From: an uncultured Bacteroidales bacterium
Lineage (GTDB): Bacteria > Bacteroidota > Bacteroidia > Bacteroidales > Muribaculaceae
Assembly (NCBI GenBank): GCA_902781045.1
Contig: CACZHT010000005.1
Span: 19,085 to 83,084 of the forward strand
Reading direction: 5' to 3'
DNA: 64,000 nt
Below, in pieces: positions 1-8,782 of this stretch. Position 1 is the stretch's first letter. The number at the start of each line of letters is the position of its first letter. The notes under the pieces are model-generated. The model did no database searches. It worked only from the letters and a program-made list of their open reading frames with translations, and was not told where the DNA came from. The translations under genes and the position numbers were made by a program.

Positions 1-2
1 TC

Positions 3-107
3 TTTGACCAACTTGAGCACTACAGTCACTATATGAAGATAGCCGGCTTCGCTCTCCTGGCTCTGGTCATCGGCTACATCATCTACAAGTACAGGTCAAA
101 GCATTAA
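3..107 (+). CDS. 3' end of a membrane protein, possibly DedA family (partial)
   Basis: Open frame FDQLEHYSHYMKIAGFALLALVIGYIIYKYRSKH* ending at TAA 105-107. Hydrophobic helix followed by a basic tail. Family is only a guess from the fragment. Confidence 0.4.
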   Translation, partial: FDQLEHYSHYMKIAGFALLALVIGYIIYKYRSKH

Positions 108-131
108 TCGCTGTTTATCAAATCCGTATAA

Positions 132-166
132 TAACTATTAACTTTAAACTATTAACTTTAAACTAA
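132..166. repeat. Degenerate heptamer tandem array (W-AACT-WW) upstream of rpe
   Basis: taactat-taacttt-aaactat-taacttt-aaactaa. Confidence 0.7.
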
Positions 167-173
167 AAATAAG

Positions 174-818
174 ATGCTCGTATCTCCTTCATTGCTCAGT
201 GCCGACTTTGGCAATCTGGCTCGCGACATCGACATGATCAATCGCAGCGATGCCCACTACCTTCATCTCGATGTGATGGACGGCGTGTTCGTGCCCAACA
301 TATCATTTGGTTTTCCTGTGATGAAACATGTGCAGAAACTCTGCACCAAACCCCTGGATGTGCATCTGATGATTGTAGAGCCACAGAAGTTTGTCAGCGA
401 GGTGCGCGATTGTGGCGCCGACATCATGAATGTGCACTATGAGGTGTGTCCGCACCTCAACCGAGTGGTGCAGCAAATCAAGGATGCGGGCATGCGGGCT
501 GGTGTCACACTCAATCCCGCCACGCCTGTGTGCATGTTGCGCGATATCGTGGCCGAGCTCGACCTGGTGCTACTCATGAGTGTCAACCCAGGCTTTGGGG
601 GACAGAAGTTCATCCCCCAGACACTGAACAAGGTGCGGGAGTTGCGCAAGCTCATCGTCGAGACTGGCTCAAAAGCCATCATAGAGGTTGATGGCGGTGT
701 CAATGCCCAGACAGGAGCACAGCTCGCACAAGCAGGGGCCGACATGGTCGTTGCCGGCAACTACGTCTTCAAGGCTCATGACCCTCTGGCGGCTATCTCC
801 ACATTAGCACAATTATAA
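174..818 (+). CDS. rpe: Ribulose-phosphate 3-epimerase
   Basis: SPSLLSADF, HLDVMDGVFVPNISFG, DVHLM, MSVNPGFGGQKF and EVDGGV motifs. Confidence 0.96.
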   Translation: MLVSPSLLSADFGNLARDIDMINRSDAHYLHLDVMDGVFVPNISFGFPVMKHVQKLCTKPLDVHLMIVEPQKFVSEVRDCGADIMNVHYEVCPHLNRVVQQIKDAGMRAGVTLNPATPVCMLRDIVAELDLVLLMSVNPGFGGQKFIPQTLNKVRELRKLIVETGSKAIIEVDGGVNAQTGAQLAQAGADMVVAGNYVFKAHDPLAAISTLAQL

Positions 819-822
819 AACG

Positions 823-1737
823 ATGAAAAGGACAATCTTACTAGTGGCCATCATGGCCATCACACTTGCAGCCGCGGCGCAGAAGAGCCTCGTGGTGGGC
901 ACCTACAACATACGTCTGTTTACCACCAGCGACGAACAGCAGGGCGAGGTGTGGCGCACGCGCTGCAAGGTCATCTGCGACCAGATGAACTTTGAGGCTC
1001 CCGACGCCTTTGGTGCCCAGGAAGTGACACACCCCCAGCTCGTCGACATGTTGCAGATGCTCGACGGCTATGACTACACCGGAGTGGGGCGTGATGATGG
1101 CAAAGAGGCGGGCGAGTACTCGTGCATCTTCTACAAGCGTGACCGTCTGCGTCTGTTAGACAGCGGCACGTTCTGGCTCAGTGAGACACCCGACAGCGTG
1201 AGTTTTGGCTGGGATGCTGCCTGCCGTCGCGTGTGCTCGTGGGGCAAGTTCAAGATGCGTAAGGGTGGACTCACGTTCTATTTCTTCAACCTCCACATGG
1301 ATCATGTGGGCATCATAGCGCGCCGCGAGGCAGCCAAGCTGGTGGTTGATCGCATCCGCACGATTGCCAAGGGAGCGCCGGTTGTCCTCACGGGCGACTT
1401 CAATGTCGACCAGACCAATGAGATATTCCGTACATTCAGCCAGAGTGGGCTGCTGCACGACACCTACGCTTATGCCAGGCTGCGGTTTGCCGAGAATGGC
1501 ACGTTCGTCGACTTTGACCCAGATGCCAAGACCAGCGAGCGCATCGACCACATCTTTGTGTCGCCACGATTCAAGGTCGAGAGCTACGGCATCCTCACCA
1601 ATGGCTATTGGACTCCCGACGAGCGCAGTGTCGTGAGCGAACAAACCAATGGTGGACCGGCCGAGGTGCGTGTCAAGACCTACCGTCGCCACACCCCCAG
1701 CGACCATTACCCAGTCATAGCCAAGCTCACCTACTAA
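823..1737 (+). CDS. Secreted endonuclease/exonuclease/phosphatase-family protein
   Basis: Signal peptide, then TYNIR, QEV, GDFN, RIDHIFV and SDHYPV catalytic motifs. Confidence 0.88.
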   Translation: MKRTILLVAIMAITLAAAAQKSLVVGTYNIRLFTTSDEQQGEVWRTRCKVICDQMNFEAPDAFGAQEVTHPQLVDMLQMLDGYDYTGVGRDDGKEAGEYSCIFYKRDRLRLLDSGTFWLSETPDSVSFGWDAACRRVCSWGKFKMRKGGLTFYFFNLHMDHVGIIARREAAKLVVDRIRTIAKGAPVVLTGDFNVDQTNEIFRTFSQSGLLHDTYAYARLRFAENGTFVDFDPDAKTSERIDHIFVSPRFKVESYGILTNGYWTPDERSVVSEQTNGGPAEVRVKTYRRHTPSDHYPVIAKLTY

Positions 1738-1767
1738 CTGATTAAGCAGTAGGAATTTATAATTAAG

Positions 1768-1799
1768 AAGTTAGGGACGCATTGCCGCGCCCCTAACTT
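1768..1799. terminator. Hairpin between convergent genes, likely intrinsic terminator
   Basis: aagttagggacgc / gcgcccctaactt, 13-bp stem with one mismatch. Confidence 0.6.
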
Positions 1800-1812
1800 A
1801 ATGTGAGTTCGA
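1797..1812 (+). repeat. 16-bp motif CTTAAYGTGAGTTCGA, copy 1
   Basis: cttaatgtgagttcga. A 15/16 identical inverted copy lies at 37455-37470. Confidence 0.6.
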
Positions 1813-1941
1813 CGAGAATAAAGTGCTGTGAAGCATTTCCTCCCCTAAGTCAATCCTTTACACAGATTCTGCAAGTCAAATCAATCAGCAACATCTGCTT
1901 GAGCTTCATGCCTAAATAATCAGCGCAAGCAACGTGAGACT

Positions 1942-3483
1942 CTATTTGCCCAGCATCTTGTTGATGAGAGTGTTGATGTCGGTGATGTCGACGTGCTTGT
2001 CACCCGTCACGTCCATGATTTTCTCGGCAGCTTCGGCAGGAATGGTGTCATGACCCTGATGCCCAGTAGGCACATCGTAGCCCAGCGTCACATTGATCAA
2101 GATGTTGATGTCGGCAATGTCCACCATACCATCATGGTTCACATCGTACTTAATGCCATAGTAGGTATTGTAATAGGCACCTTCATATAGCGTATTACCA
2201 TCGAGGTCTGCCAAACGGATGAGTCCTTGAGTGCCGGTCTCGCCGCTGGGAGCCAATGGGGTGATGAGGTTGCCTGTGTGATATCCGTCGATTCCCACAC
2301 CTTCAATCCACTTGCCGTCCACCATGCCGATGCCGGTGATGGACGCATAGCGGTTCATTTGGTCACCAACGCGCACATACTTTACGGTCGTGTCGCTGAG
2401 CGAGAAGTAGTCGCAATTATAGAACTCGTTGAGGTTATTCATATAGGTAACCATCCAGTTGAAGTTGTACACATCTCTTTCTCCAAAGCTCTCATATCCT
2501 CGACTATTTATAGTTGGCAAAGAATACGTCCAACCAAATTCTTCTAAGAAATTCTCCTTGTCGTGTGTAGCAATAGGCGTAGTTGATACTGAAACGATTC
2601 TACTCTCTTCATCCAAATAGGCTACAGTTTTAACTTTGGTGGTATCTAAATGCTCTTCAAAATAACGATAACACTTGTATTTGGGCAACTTATAGCCTGA
2701 AATATCTGTGAGTGTCGTGTCGCCCACAATTTGGAAACGCTCGACGCTCATGGTATTATCTTCGTTAACATAGAGATATTCCCACACGACTCCCTCACGG
2801 ACTATTGGAGAATAAATGTTCTCTTCACGGTCGAAAGCGGCTCCCTGATATAGAATGTTGCCATCAAGGTCTTCCAGATGATGGAAACCGTATGTATCAT
2901 AATATGTACAGGTACATATACCAACGAAAGGATGAAACGCATCACCAAAATCTTCGGTGTCAAACCCGATTCCAGGGATGAAGTTTTCTTTCAATGATGA
3001 ATTGGCCATCACTGCAGCCATCTTTGGGCTCATGCGGCTAGGAGTTTCATCCCAATCCCAGGGATCAAAAGGGTTGTCAAAATCGAAAAGTGTGAATTCG
3101 CCAGTGGTGTTTAACTCATTCCAGATAGTTTCATTTTCTGAATATGACCACCAGGCTGTTTCAAAGTTCTCATTAAGGCCATTAAATGGCACCTCATAGA
3201 CTTTGTGACCCTCGTTGCGCATAGCACAGTAGGCTGTGTCTTTGCTCAAGTCGAGTGCTTTACCAGTGTATTTATAACACTTTTTATAAGTCTTACCATT
3301 GATGATTGTATCACCACGGAACTCAAAGTTGTAGAAGTAGCATGAATAGTCACCGTGGAATGCTTCATGGACATTAACCCAGCGCACCCCCTCGCGCACT
3401 AGTGGCTGGTAGTCGGCCTCTTGTGCCTGCGCTGCGATGCTGCTCAGCAGCACCGCCAGCATGATTGTGTAGAATTTCTTCAT
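1942..3483 (-). CDS. Secreted protein with two related ~200-aa domains and a C-terminal dockerin-like duplex
   Basis: Start chosen at MKKFYTIMLAVLLSSIAAQAQ (signal peptide), downstream of a promoter. Internal repeat YQPLVREGVRW / YSPIVREGVVW ... DLDGNILYQG / DLDGNTLYEG. Tail DVNHDGMVDIADINILIN ... DVTGDKHVDITDINTLINKMLGK. Confidence 0.75.
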   Translation of the reverse strand: MKKFYTIMLAVLLSSIAAQAQEADYQPLVREGVRWVNVHEAFHGDYSCYFYNFEFRGDTIINGKTYKKCYKYTGKALDLSKDTAYCAMRNEGHKVYEVPFNGLNENFETAWWSYSENETIWNELNTTGEFTLFDFDNPFDPWDWDETPSRMSPKMAAVMANSSLKENFIPGIGFDTEDFGDAFHPFVGICTCTYYDTYGFHHLEDLDGNILYQGAAFDREENIYSPIVREGVVWEYLYVNEDNTMSVERFQIVGDTTLTDISGYKLPKYKCYRYFEEHLDTTKVKTVAYLDEESRIVSVSTTPIATHDKENFLEEFGWTYSLPTINSRGYESFGERDVYNFNWMVTYMNNLNEFYNCDYFSLSDTTVKYVRVGDQMNRYASITGIGMVDGKWIEGVGIDGYHTGNLITPLAPSGETGTQGLIRLADLDGNTLYEGAYYNTYYGIKYDVNHDGMVDIADINILINVTLGYDVPTGHQGHDTIPAEAAEKIMDVTGDKHVDITDINTLINKMLGK

Positions 3484-3555
3484 AGTGGTAATATTTTTTA
3501 AGTTCATAATTTTCAAAAAGCTGTTGAGGGCGTTCACCCATGACTTACGGTAGTG

Positions 3556-3587
3556 CAAAAGTACTATGTCCTGTCGAGCCTTGCAAA
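3556..3587 (-). promoter_or_regulatory. Bacteroidetes sigma-A promoter for the dockerin protein gene
   Basis: Minus strand TTTG-N20-TACTTTTG. Confidence 0.65.
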
Positions 3588-3662
3588 TTTTTGAGCGAAA
3601 CACGTTTTTGTCTCAGTGACTTGATTATGGGAGGTTTAACTCCGATTGCAGCCGAAACACAC

Positions 3663-5336
3663 CTAGATGAACGGGCGATTTTTAACAATTTCGGCAAGGT
3701 AGTCGGTCAGCGGCACGTCCAAATCCAGTCGTTTGGCCAGCCTTGCACGCAACGAGCGCACGACACCGTCGCTCTTTAGTCCCAGGCAGACCGCGATGCT
3801 GGACGAACGCATGCCAAGGGCTGTGAGGATAATCATCCCGCGCTCTTTTTCATTCAGGTCAGAGTGCTCATCAAAGAACTGCGACATGACACTGTCGTTG
3901 TTGTCATCTATGTATTTCTGCAATTCGGCGAGCAACTCGCCGCGCTGCGTGAACGATTCGACTTCCTTCATGAACTGTCTGTAGAACACTTTTTCGGGAT
4001 AGTCATTGCTCATAGCAATCAGCCTGTCGCACAGTCCGCTATACACCGTCAGCAGCTCGGCAAGGCGCTGGTTGAGGTGTGCATCAGATGTGCGACTGTT
4101 CTCGAATGCTACTTTCTGCAGTGCTTGCTCCTGTTTCAAATGCTCAATCTGTGTTTTCAGCCCCTTGAATTGTCGGCGGTTGCGCAGATAGATTTGCAGC
4201 CACAGCACAACAATGGCCAGCAGTGTCAAGCCAGTGACAACGAGCATGTTGTGCTGTTGTGACTGGGCTTCGGCATGCGCTGCTTGTCGTTGACGGGTGT
4301 CAAACTCGCGGTCGATGGCCAGCAGGCGTGCAATGATGGGGTTGCCGCGCAGCGAGTCGTGCAGCTGCTCGCGCTGCTCATTATAGGCAATATAGTCCAA
4401 GATGTCGTGACGGTTGCGGGCCATAGCCTTCAGGCAGAACAGACGCATCGACTCGCGCTGTTGGTTGGCATCGGGCTGTGGTGCCATGTCCAGGTAGTGT
4501 TGAGCCGAGTCGTTGCGGCCCATCAGTGCGTAGGCACACGCTGCGTCTAGCATCGCATCGACAGTATATCGGGCGGAAGGATAGTGCTGCACGCAGTAGA
4601 CGGCCAGGTCCTTGGCTGTCTCGTGGATTGAGTCCTTCAAGTAACCGCGGGCCAGGTACTCCAGGCTGCGGGCACAGTTGGCACTGTCGCCGCATTGACG
4701 TGCCAGGCGATAGGCATGCTCCAGATTGGGGCGTGCCTTCTGGATGCCGTCGTTGCGCATCAAGGCTCCAGTGGCCAGCAGTGAGTAGATGATTTGCAAC
4801 GTGTCGCCAACTTTAATATAATAGGTGAGTGCTTTCTCGTAGTGCTGCAGGTCTTCCTGGTTCATGACGTTCATGTTCGACAACAGCTGACCGATGCGAT
4901 AGTTGATTTGCGCTAGGTTGCGATAGTCGGTCGTGTCGGCAGTGGCCTCGGCCTGCTTGTACAATTGCATTGCCAGCTCAGGCTGCTCGTGAATCTCGCT
5001 ATGCAGTCCCATGTAAATCATTGCTCGCACATGGCGTTCGCGCTCCTCGGGATGCCGCGAGTAGTGGTCTAGGGCCGCTTGAGCCAGTGAGTCGGTAGCA
5101 AGTTCAAACCGACCGCTGCGATAGGCCGTCTGTGTCCATAGCAGGGCATAGTAGGCACGAGCATCATCGGTCAGGCTGGTGGTATCGACCGCTTGCAGCA
5201 GTGCCAGCGAGCTGTCGGGTTGCGTGTATATCAGCGCATCGGCTTGCTCGAGTTGCCCGGACCGATGTTCATGGCACGACACTAGGGCAAGTGTCGCAAT
5301 TGACAGTCCGAGCAGTAAGGCGAATAATTTGTTCAT
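3663..5336 (-). CDS. Membrane-spanning one-component regulator: TPR-like sensor, TM helix, coiled coil, LuxR-like HTH
   Basis: N-terminal hydrophobic segment ending LALVSC. Helical TPR-like repeats, TM segment MLVVTGLTLLAIVVLWLQIYL, and C-terminal LNEKERGMIILTALGMRSSSIAVCLGL..VRSLRARLAKRL. Confidence 0.72.
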   Translation of the reverse strand: MNKLFALLLGLSIATLALVSCHEHRSGQLEQADALIYTQPDSSLALLQAVDTTSLTDDARAYYALLWTQTAYRSGRFELATDSLAQAALDHYSRHPEERERHVRAMIYMGLHSEIHEQPELAMQLYKQAEATADTTDYRNLAQINYRIGQLLSNMNVMNQEDLQHYEKALTYYIKVGDTLQIIYSLLATGALMRNDGIQKARPNLEHAYRLARQCGDSANCARSLEYLARGYLKDSIHETAKDLAVYCVQHYPSARYTVDAMLDAACAYALMGRNDSAQHYLDMAPQPDANQQRESMRLFCLKAMARNRHDILDYIAYNEQREQLHDSLRGNPIIARLLAIDREFDTRQRQAAHAEAQSQQHNMLVVTGLTLLAIVVLWLQIYLRNRRQFKGLKTQIEHLKQEQALQKVAFENSRTSDAHLNQRLAELLTVYSGLCDRLIAMSNDYPEKVFYRQFMKEVESFTQRGELLAELQKYIDDNNDSVMSQFFDEHSDLNEKERGMIILTALGMRSSSIAVCLGLKSDGVVRSLRARLAKRLDLDVPLTDYLAEIVKNRPFI

Positions 5337-5364
5337 AGTCACAGGGCTTTTTCAAATCGTAGTG

Positions 5365-5396
5365 CAAAGGTAGTTCAAGCCCACAAACTACGCAAA
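5365..5396 (-). promoter_or_regulatory. Bacteroidetes sigma-A promoter for the regulator
   Basis: Minus strand TTTG-N20-TACCTTTG. Confidence 0.65.
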
Positions 5397-5409
5397 TTTT
5401 TCAGCGTAA

Positions 5410-5460
5410 CAATTTTTGAGGGCAAAAGGCTGATTGTCAGCTTTTTGCCCTCAAAAATTG
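5410..5460 (-). terminator. Long 24-bp hairpin after the amylase gene
   Basis: caatttttgagggcaaaaggctga-ttg-tcagctttttgccctcaaaaattg, one non-Watson-Crick pair. Confidence 0.7.
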
Positions 5461-5493
5461 CCGAAACAAGGCTCAATTTGGACTCAAAAATGC

Positions 5494-8400
5494 CTATTTG
5501 CCCAGCATGATGTTGATGACCGTGTTGACATCTGCAATGTCTACTTGCCCATCTGCGCTTACATCACATGCAGCTCTAGACTCGTCGGTCACATTTCTTC
5601 CGAGCATCACATTGATGATGGCATTGACATCGGCAATGTCCACCTGACCGTCACCGGTCACATCACCAGTCAGTGCGGCATAGTCGGACGTGATGTCGCG
5701 AACTGTATACTTGTTGGAAGTAGAAGATATCTCAAAGTAAGTGTCGCGGTTCAGTTCTGTGATGTCAATGGTCTGATGACCACCATCTCCCTGGCTGAAG
5801 ATGATGTTGAACGTGTAGTCCTCGTCCGGGATGTCGAACGACTGGTTGAAGAACCGTGTGCCTCGCACCATAGTTGTGTTGTCGGCTGTCATCAGTTGGC
5901 CTGGCCAGCTACCCAGCAGGCTGCCGCTCTGGTCCCAAGCATAGAAGTAGACTTGGCTCCAGTTGTCGGGTGCGCTGGTGGGATCCTTTAGATAAATGGT
6001 GGCGCGCCGAGGCTCAAATCCGTGGAAGATGTATTCGCGAACAAGCACGTTGCGCACCTTGCCATCTTGCAGCACCCCAGCGGTGAGTGTGGTGTTGTCC
6101 GTCAGGGTCAGTGTCACCATGCCTGTGGCCGTCTTGCTGTCTGGTGTGGGACGTGTGCCGTCGGTCGTGTAGACGATGGTGGCAGTCGACTCCGAGGCGG
6201 TGATGGTGACGGTCACTGGTTCGGTGTAGCGTCCGCTCTCTTTGTCAATGGTCAGGGTGGGGGCGGGTGTGGTGTAGCGTGTCACCTCATGATTCCAAAC
6301 TCCGTCGACATAGTAGCCATGGTTGCGATAGGTAAGGTCGCTGGTTTGAGTGCCGTCGACCACAAAGATGATGCCGGTGGGCATTGTGGTCAAGTCGCCA
6401 TCATAGGTCCACTTGTAGACCTTGCGTGTGCTGTCGGGTGTGCAACCCATCAGCTCCATCGCAGCGCCAGGCCAGCTGCCACCAGTGTAGTTGCTGCTGC
6501 TGTTCCACACCCAAGTGGTGATGCGGCCCGAACTCATGGGAGCCTCGTAGAACACGCTCAACTCATCCTCGTCGACCACAGGTTCATAGACCTGCAGGTC
6601 GGTGACAGGTTGGGGCGTGAAGCCGCCAGTGATGTATTGCGTGTTGGGGTCGCAGTCCTCCTCATGTCCGTCGTATGCAAGTTGGGCGGGGATATTACGG
6701 TTGCTGTCGTAGAGATAAGGACCGTCTTCGCCCACTTTGCCCGGACCGTCCAGTACATAGACACGCAGGTTGCCTTTGCCGCTGAACGATGGTGTGGACA
6801 GAGTGCCATCGGTCACCACTTGCACATCGCCGGTGATGCAATCGCGGTATGTGCCATTCAGCACATGGGTGAATGTCGCGTTGCTGTTCAGTGCCACCAG
6901 GGCGTATGAGTCGATGTCGCCATTGGTGTAGCGGCGCTTGAAGGCATAGCCGCCATTGGATTGGCAACCCTGCTTGCTGTATTGACCCTTGCGCAGTGCC
7001 GGCACCGCAGCCCGAATTTTGTTGAGGCGCTGCAGGTGATGCGCCAGCGGACGGCTCAATGTGGCTGCCACGTTGCCAGTGGCGCGGCTCACTTCGCCGA
7101 AGTCGCTCACCTCAATCTCGCCAGTCAGATAACCGCCATAGTAGGCGCGTCCGGTGTTGGTCAGTGCCAAGTCTGTGCCCTTGTCCATCACCACACCCTT
7201 GCGGAACTCAATCTCGCCGCCATAGTACAGACATGGGATGCCGCGCATGGTGAACATCAGCGACAAGTTCTCGGCCCACTGGTCGGTGCCGCCGTTGAAC
7301 CGCTCGAAGCTGTCGGGACCATAGTCGTGGCTCTCGACATACATCACATTGTAGGTAGCATCATTATATAGGTTATCTTTGTCTAGAACTCCCCACAGGC
7401 GGCCGGCGTTCTGGAAGTTCCAGTGAGCAGTGAAGTCAATCACGCCCATGCCGCTGGCACGGCTGTAGTCGGGAGTGTGGTAGTCATTGCCGTCAAGCAG
7501 TGCATTGTTGCTGCGTGGCTGTCCGCTCTCGCTGGCATTAGCCTCATGTTCCTGAAGGCACAGGCTCTGGTTATGCAGTGTGGCGGGGTCGGTGCTCTCG
7601 TAGATGGCGGTGTTCTGCCAGTAGGCCGGGTCGTCATCCCACTGCGCGAGCAGCGATGCGTCGCTCTGCCAGGTGTAGAAGTAGGGTGACAGTGACGGCT
7701 GCCCACGGTAGGTCACATCGCTGAATCGGGCGCACACCTCGGCAAACATATAGAAGGGGCACTGGTTCAGACGCTTGTGCTTGTACTGCTCGCCCAGGGC
7801 TTGGAATGCCGGGATGAACACCTTATTAAATGTAAGGCGCGAGATATGTCCGCCCGTGTCGATGCGGAATCCATCCACACCCATCTCGATGAACTTCCCG
7901 TAGCAGTCTATGAGGTACTGGTACGTCTCGGGGTTCTCGGTGTTCAGGTCCACACAGTCGCCTGCTATTTGTGCCCACCATCGGTTGGGCTCATCCCAGT
8001 TGAAGTTGCCATAGTGGTGCCATAGGTTGTGGCTGTCATGGTTCTGGCCATCAGTGTTCTTCATCTTGGTCAGCCGGTCGGCATATTGCTGGGCACCGGG
8101 CAAGTTCATATAGTTGTCTTGCAGTTTGCCGCCTTGGCTCTGTGTCCAGGGCACCATGCACTGGCTCAGGTCGCTCTGTGGCTTGCTGTAGTCGCGATTG
8201 AAGAGTTTGCACAGGTGTTCCTCGCCGAAGTTGCCCGTGTGGTTGATGACGATGTCAAGCACAATCTTCATGCCTCGCGCATGGGCGGCGTCTATCAGGT
8301 CTTGCAGCTTGCAGTCATCGCTCTCATATCGTGCATCCACTCGGCTCATATCCATCGCATGATAGCCGTGGTAGTCAAAGCCTGATGCGTTCTGTACCAC

Positions 8401-8694
8401 TGGTGTAATCCACACTGCAGTGAATCCCAGTGCCTTGATATAGTCCAGACGCTCAATCAGTCCCTTGAAGTCGCCGCGCCACTCGGGGTCGTGCACAGCA
8501 GCGTCTTTCGAGCCGTCCCAGCAGTAGGTGTTATTACCTGGGTCGCCGTCATAGAAGCGCGTGGTGATGGCAAAGTAGATAGTTTCGTCTCGGAAGTCAT
8601 TTCGGCCTCCACTAAATGTCGTGCCTGCAATGTTCTGCGCCACGCAGAGCATGAGAGACACGATGCTCAAGATATACATCTTTGTTCTTCTCAT
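5494..8694 (-). CDS. Secreted multimodular GH13 alpha-amylase-family enzyme with two starch-binding (CBM26-like) modules, an Fn3-associated/chitobiase-C-like module and a C-terminal dockerin-like duplex
   Basis: Signal peptide. ETIYF..TRFYDGD, GDFKGL..RLDYIKALGFTAVWITPV, YHGYH, DIVINH, GFRIDT, FAEV and ESHD motifs. Two W..WPG modules, IVYTTDGTRPT, and tail GDVTGDGQVDIADVNAIIN...DVSADGQVDIADVNTVINIMLGK. Confidence 0.9.
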   Translation of the reverse strand: MRRTKMYILSIVSLMLCVAQNIAGTTFSGGRNDFRDETIYFAITTRFYDGDPGNNTYCWDGSKDAAVHDPEWRGDFKGLIERLDYIKALGFTAVWITPVVQNASGFDYHGYHAMDMSRVDARYESDDCKLQDLIDAAHARGMKIVLDIVINHTGNFGEEHLCKLFNRDYSKPQSDLSQCMVPWTQSQGGKLQDNYMNLPGAQQYADRLTKMKNTDGQNHDSHNLWHHYGNFNWDEPNRWWAQIAGDCVDLNTENPETYQYLIDCYGKFIEMGVDGFRIDTGGHISRLTFNKVFIPAFQALGEQYKHKRLNQCPFYMFAEVCARFSDVTYRGQPSLSPYFYTWQSDASLLAQWDDDPAYWQNTAIYESTDPATLHNQSLCLQEHEANASESGQPRSNNALLDGNDYHTPDYSRASGMGVIDFTAHWNFQNAGRLWGVLDKDNLYNDATYNVMYVESHDYGPDSFERFNGGTDQWAENLSLMFTMRGIPCLYYGGEIEFRKGVVMDKGTDLALTNTGRAYYGGYLTGEIEVSDFGEVSRATGNVAATLSRPLAHHLQRLNKIRAAVPALRKGQYSKQGCQSNGGYAFKRRYTNGDIDSYALVALNSNATFTHVLNGTYRDCITGDVQVVTDGTLSTPSFSGKGNLRVYVLDGPGKVGEDGPYLYDSNRNIPAQLAYDGHEEDCDPNTQYITGGFTPQPVTDLQVYEPVVDEDELSVFYEAPMSSGRITTWVWNSSSNYTGGSWPGAAMELMGCTPDSTRKVYKWTYDGDLTTMPTGIIFVVDGTQTSDLTYRNHGYYVDGVWNHEVTRYTTPAPTLTIDKESGRYTEPVTVTITASESTATIVYTTDGTRPTPDSKTATGMVTLTLTDNTTLTAGVLQDGKVRNVLVREYIFHGFEPRRATIYLKDPTSAPDNWSQVYFYAWDQSGSLLGSWPGQLMTADNTTMVRGTRFFNQSFDIPDEDYTFNIIFSQGDGGHQTIDITELNRDTYFEISSTSNKYTVRDITSDYAALTGDVTGDGQVDIADVNAIINVMLGRNVTDESRAACDVSADGQVDIADVNTVINIMLGK

Positions 8695-8723
8695 ATCTTA
8701 TTTTTTTTGTGGGTTTTTGGCTG

Positions 8724-8754
8724 CAAATTTACTGAAATCTTTCTGTTTTGCAAA
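8724..8754 (-). promoter_or_regulatory. Promoter of the amylase gene
   Basis: Minus strand TTTG-N19-TAAATTTG, left intact by the adjacent IS. Confidence 0.65.
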
Positions 8755-8782
8755 CAATTCTTGCGAATTTATAAGTCAATAA

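Noticed and set aside
3484-3603. Longer N-terminal extensions given by the ORF track (also for wza, SDR, wbpB, murF, pcrA, pfp, prfA)
   Set aside because: The extensions overlap predicted promoters or upstream genes and are not protein-like. Downstream starts give proper signal peptides or family N-termini.
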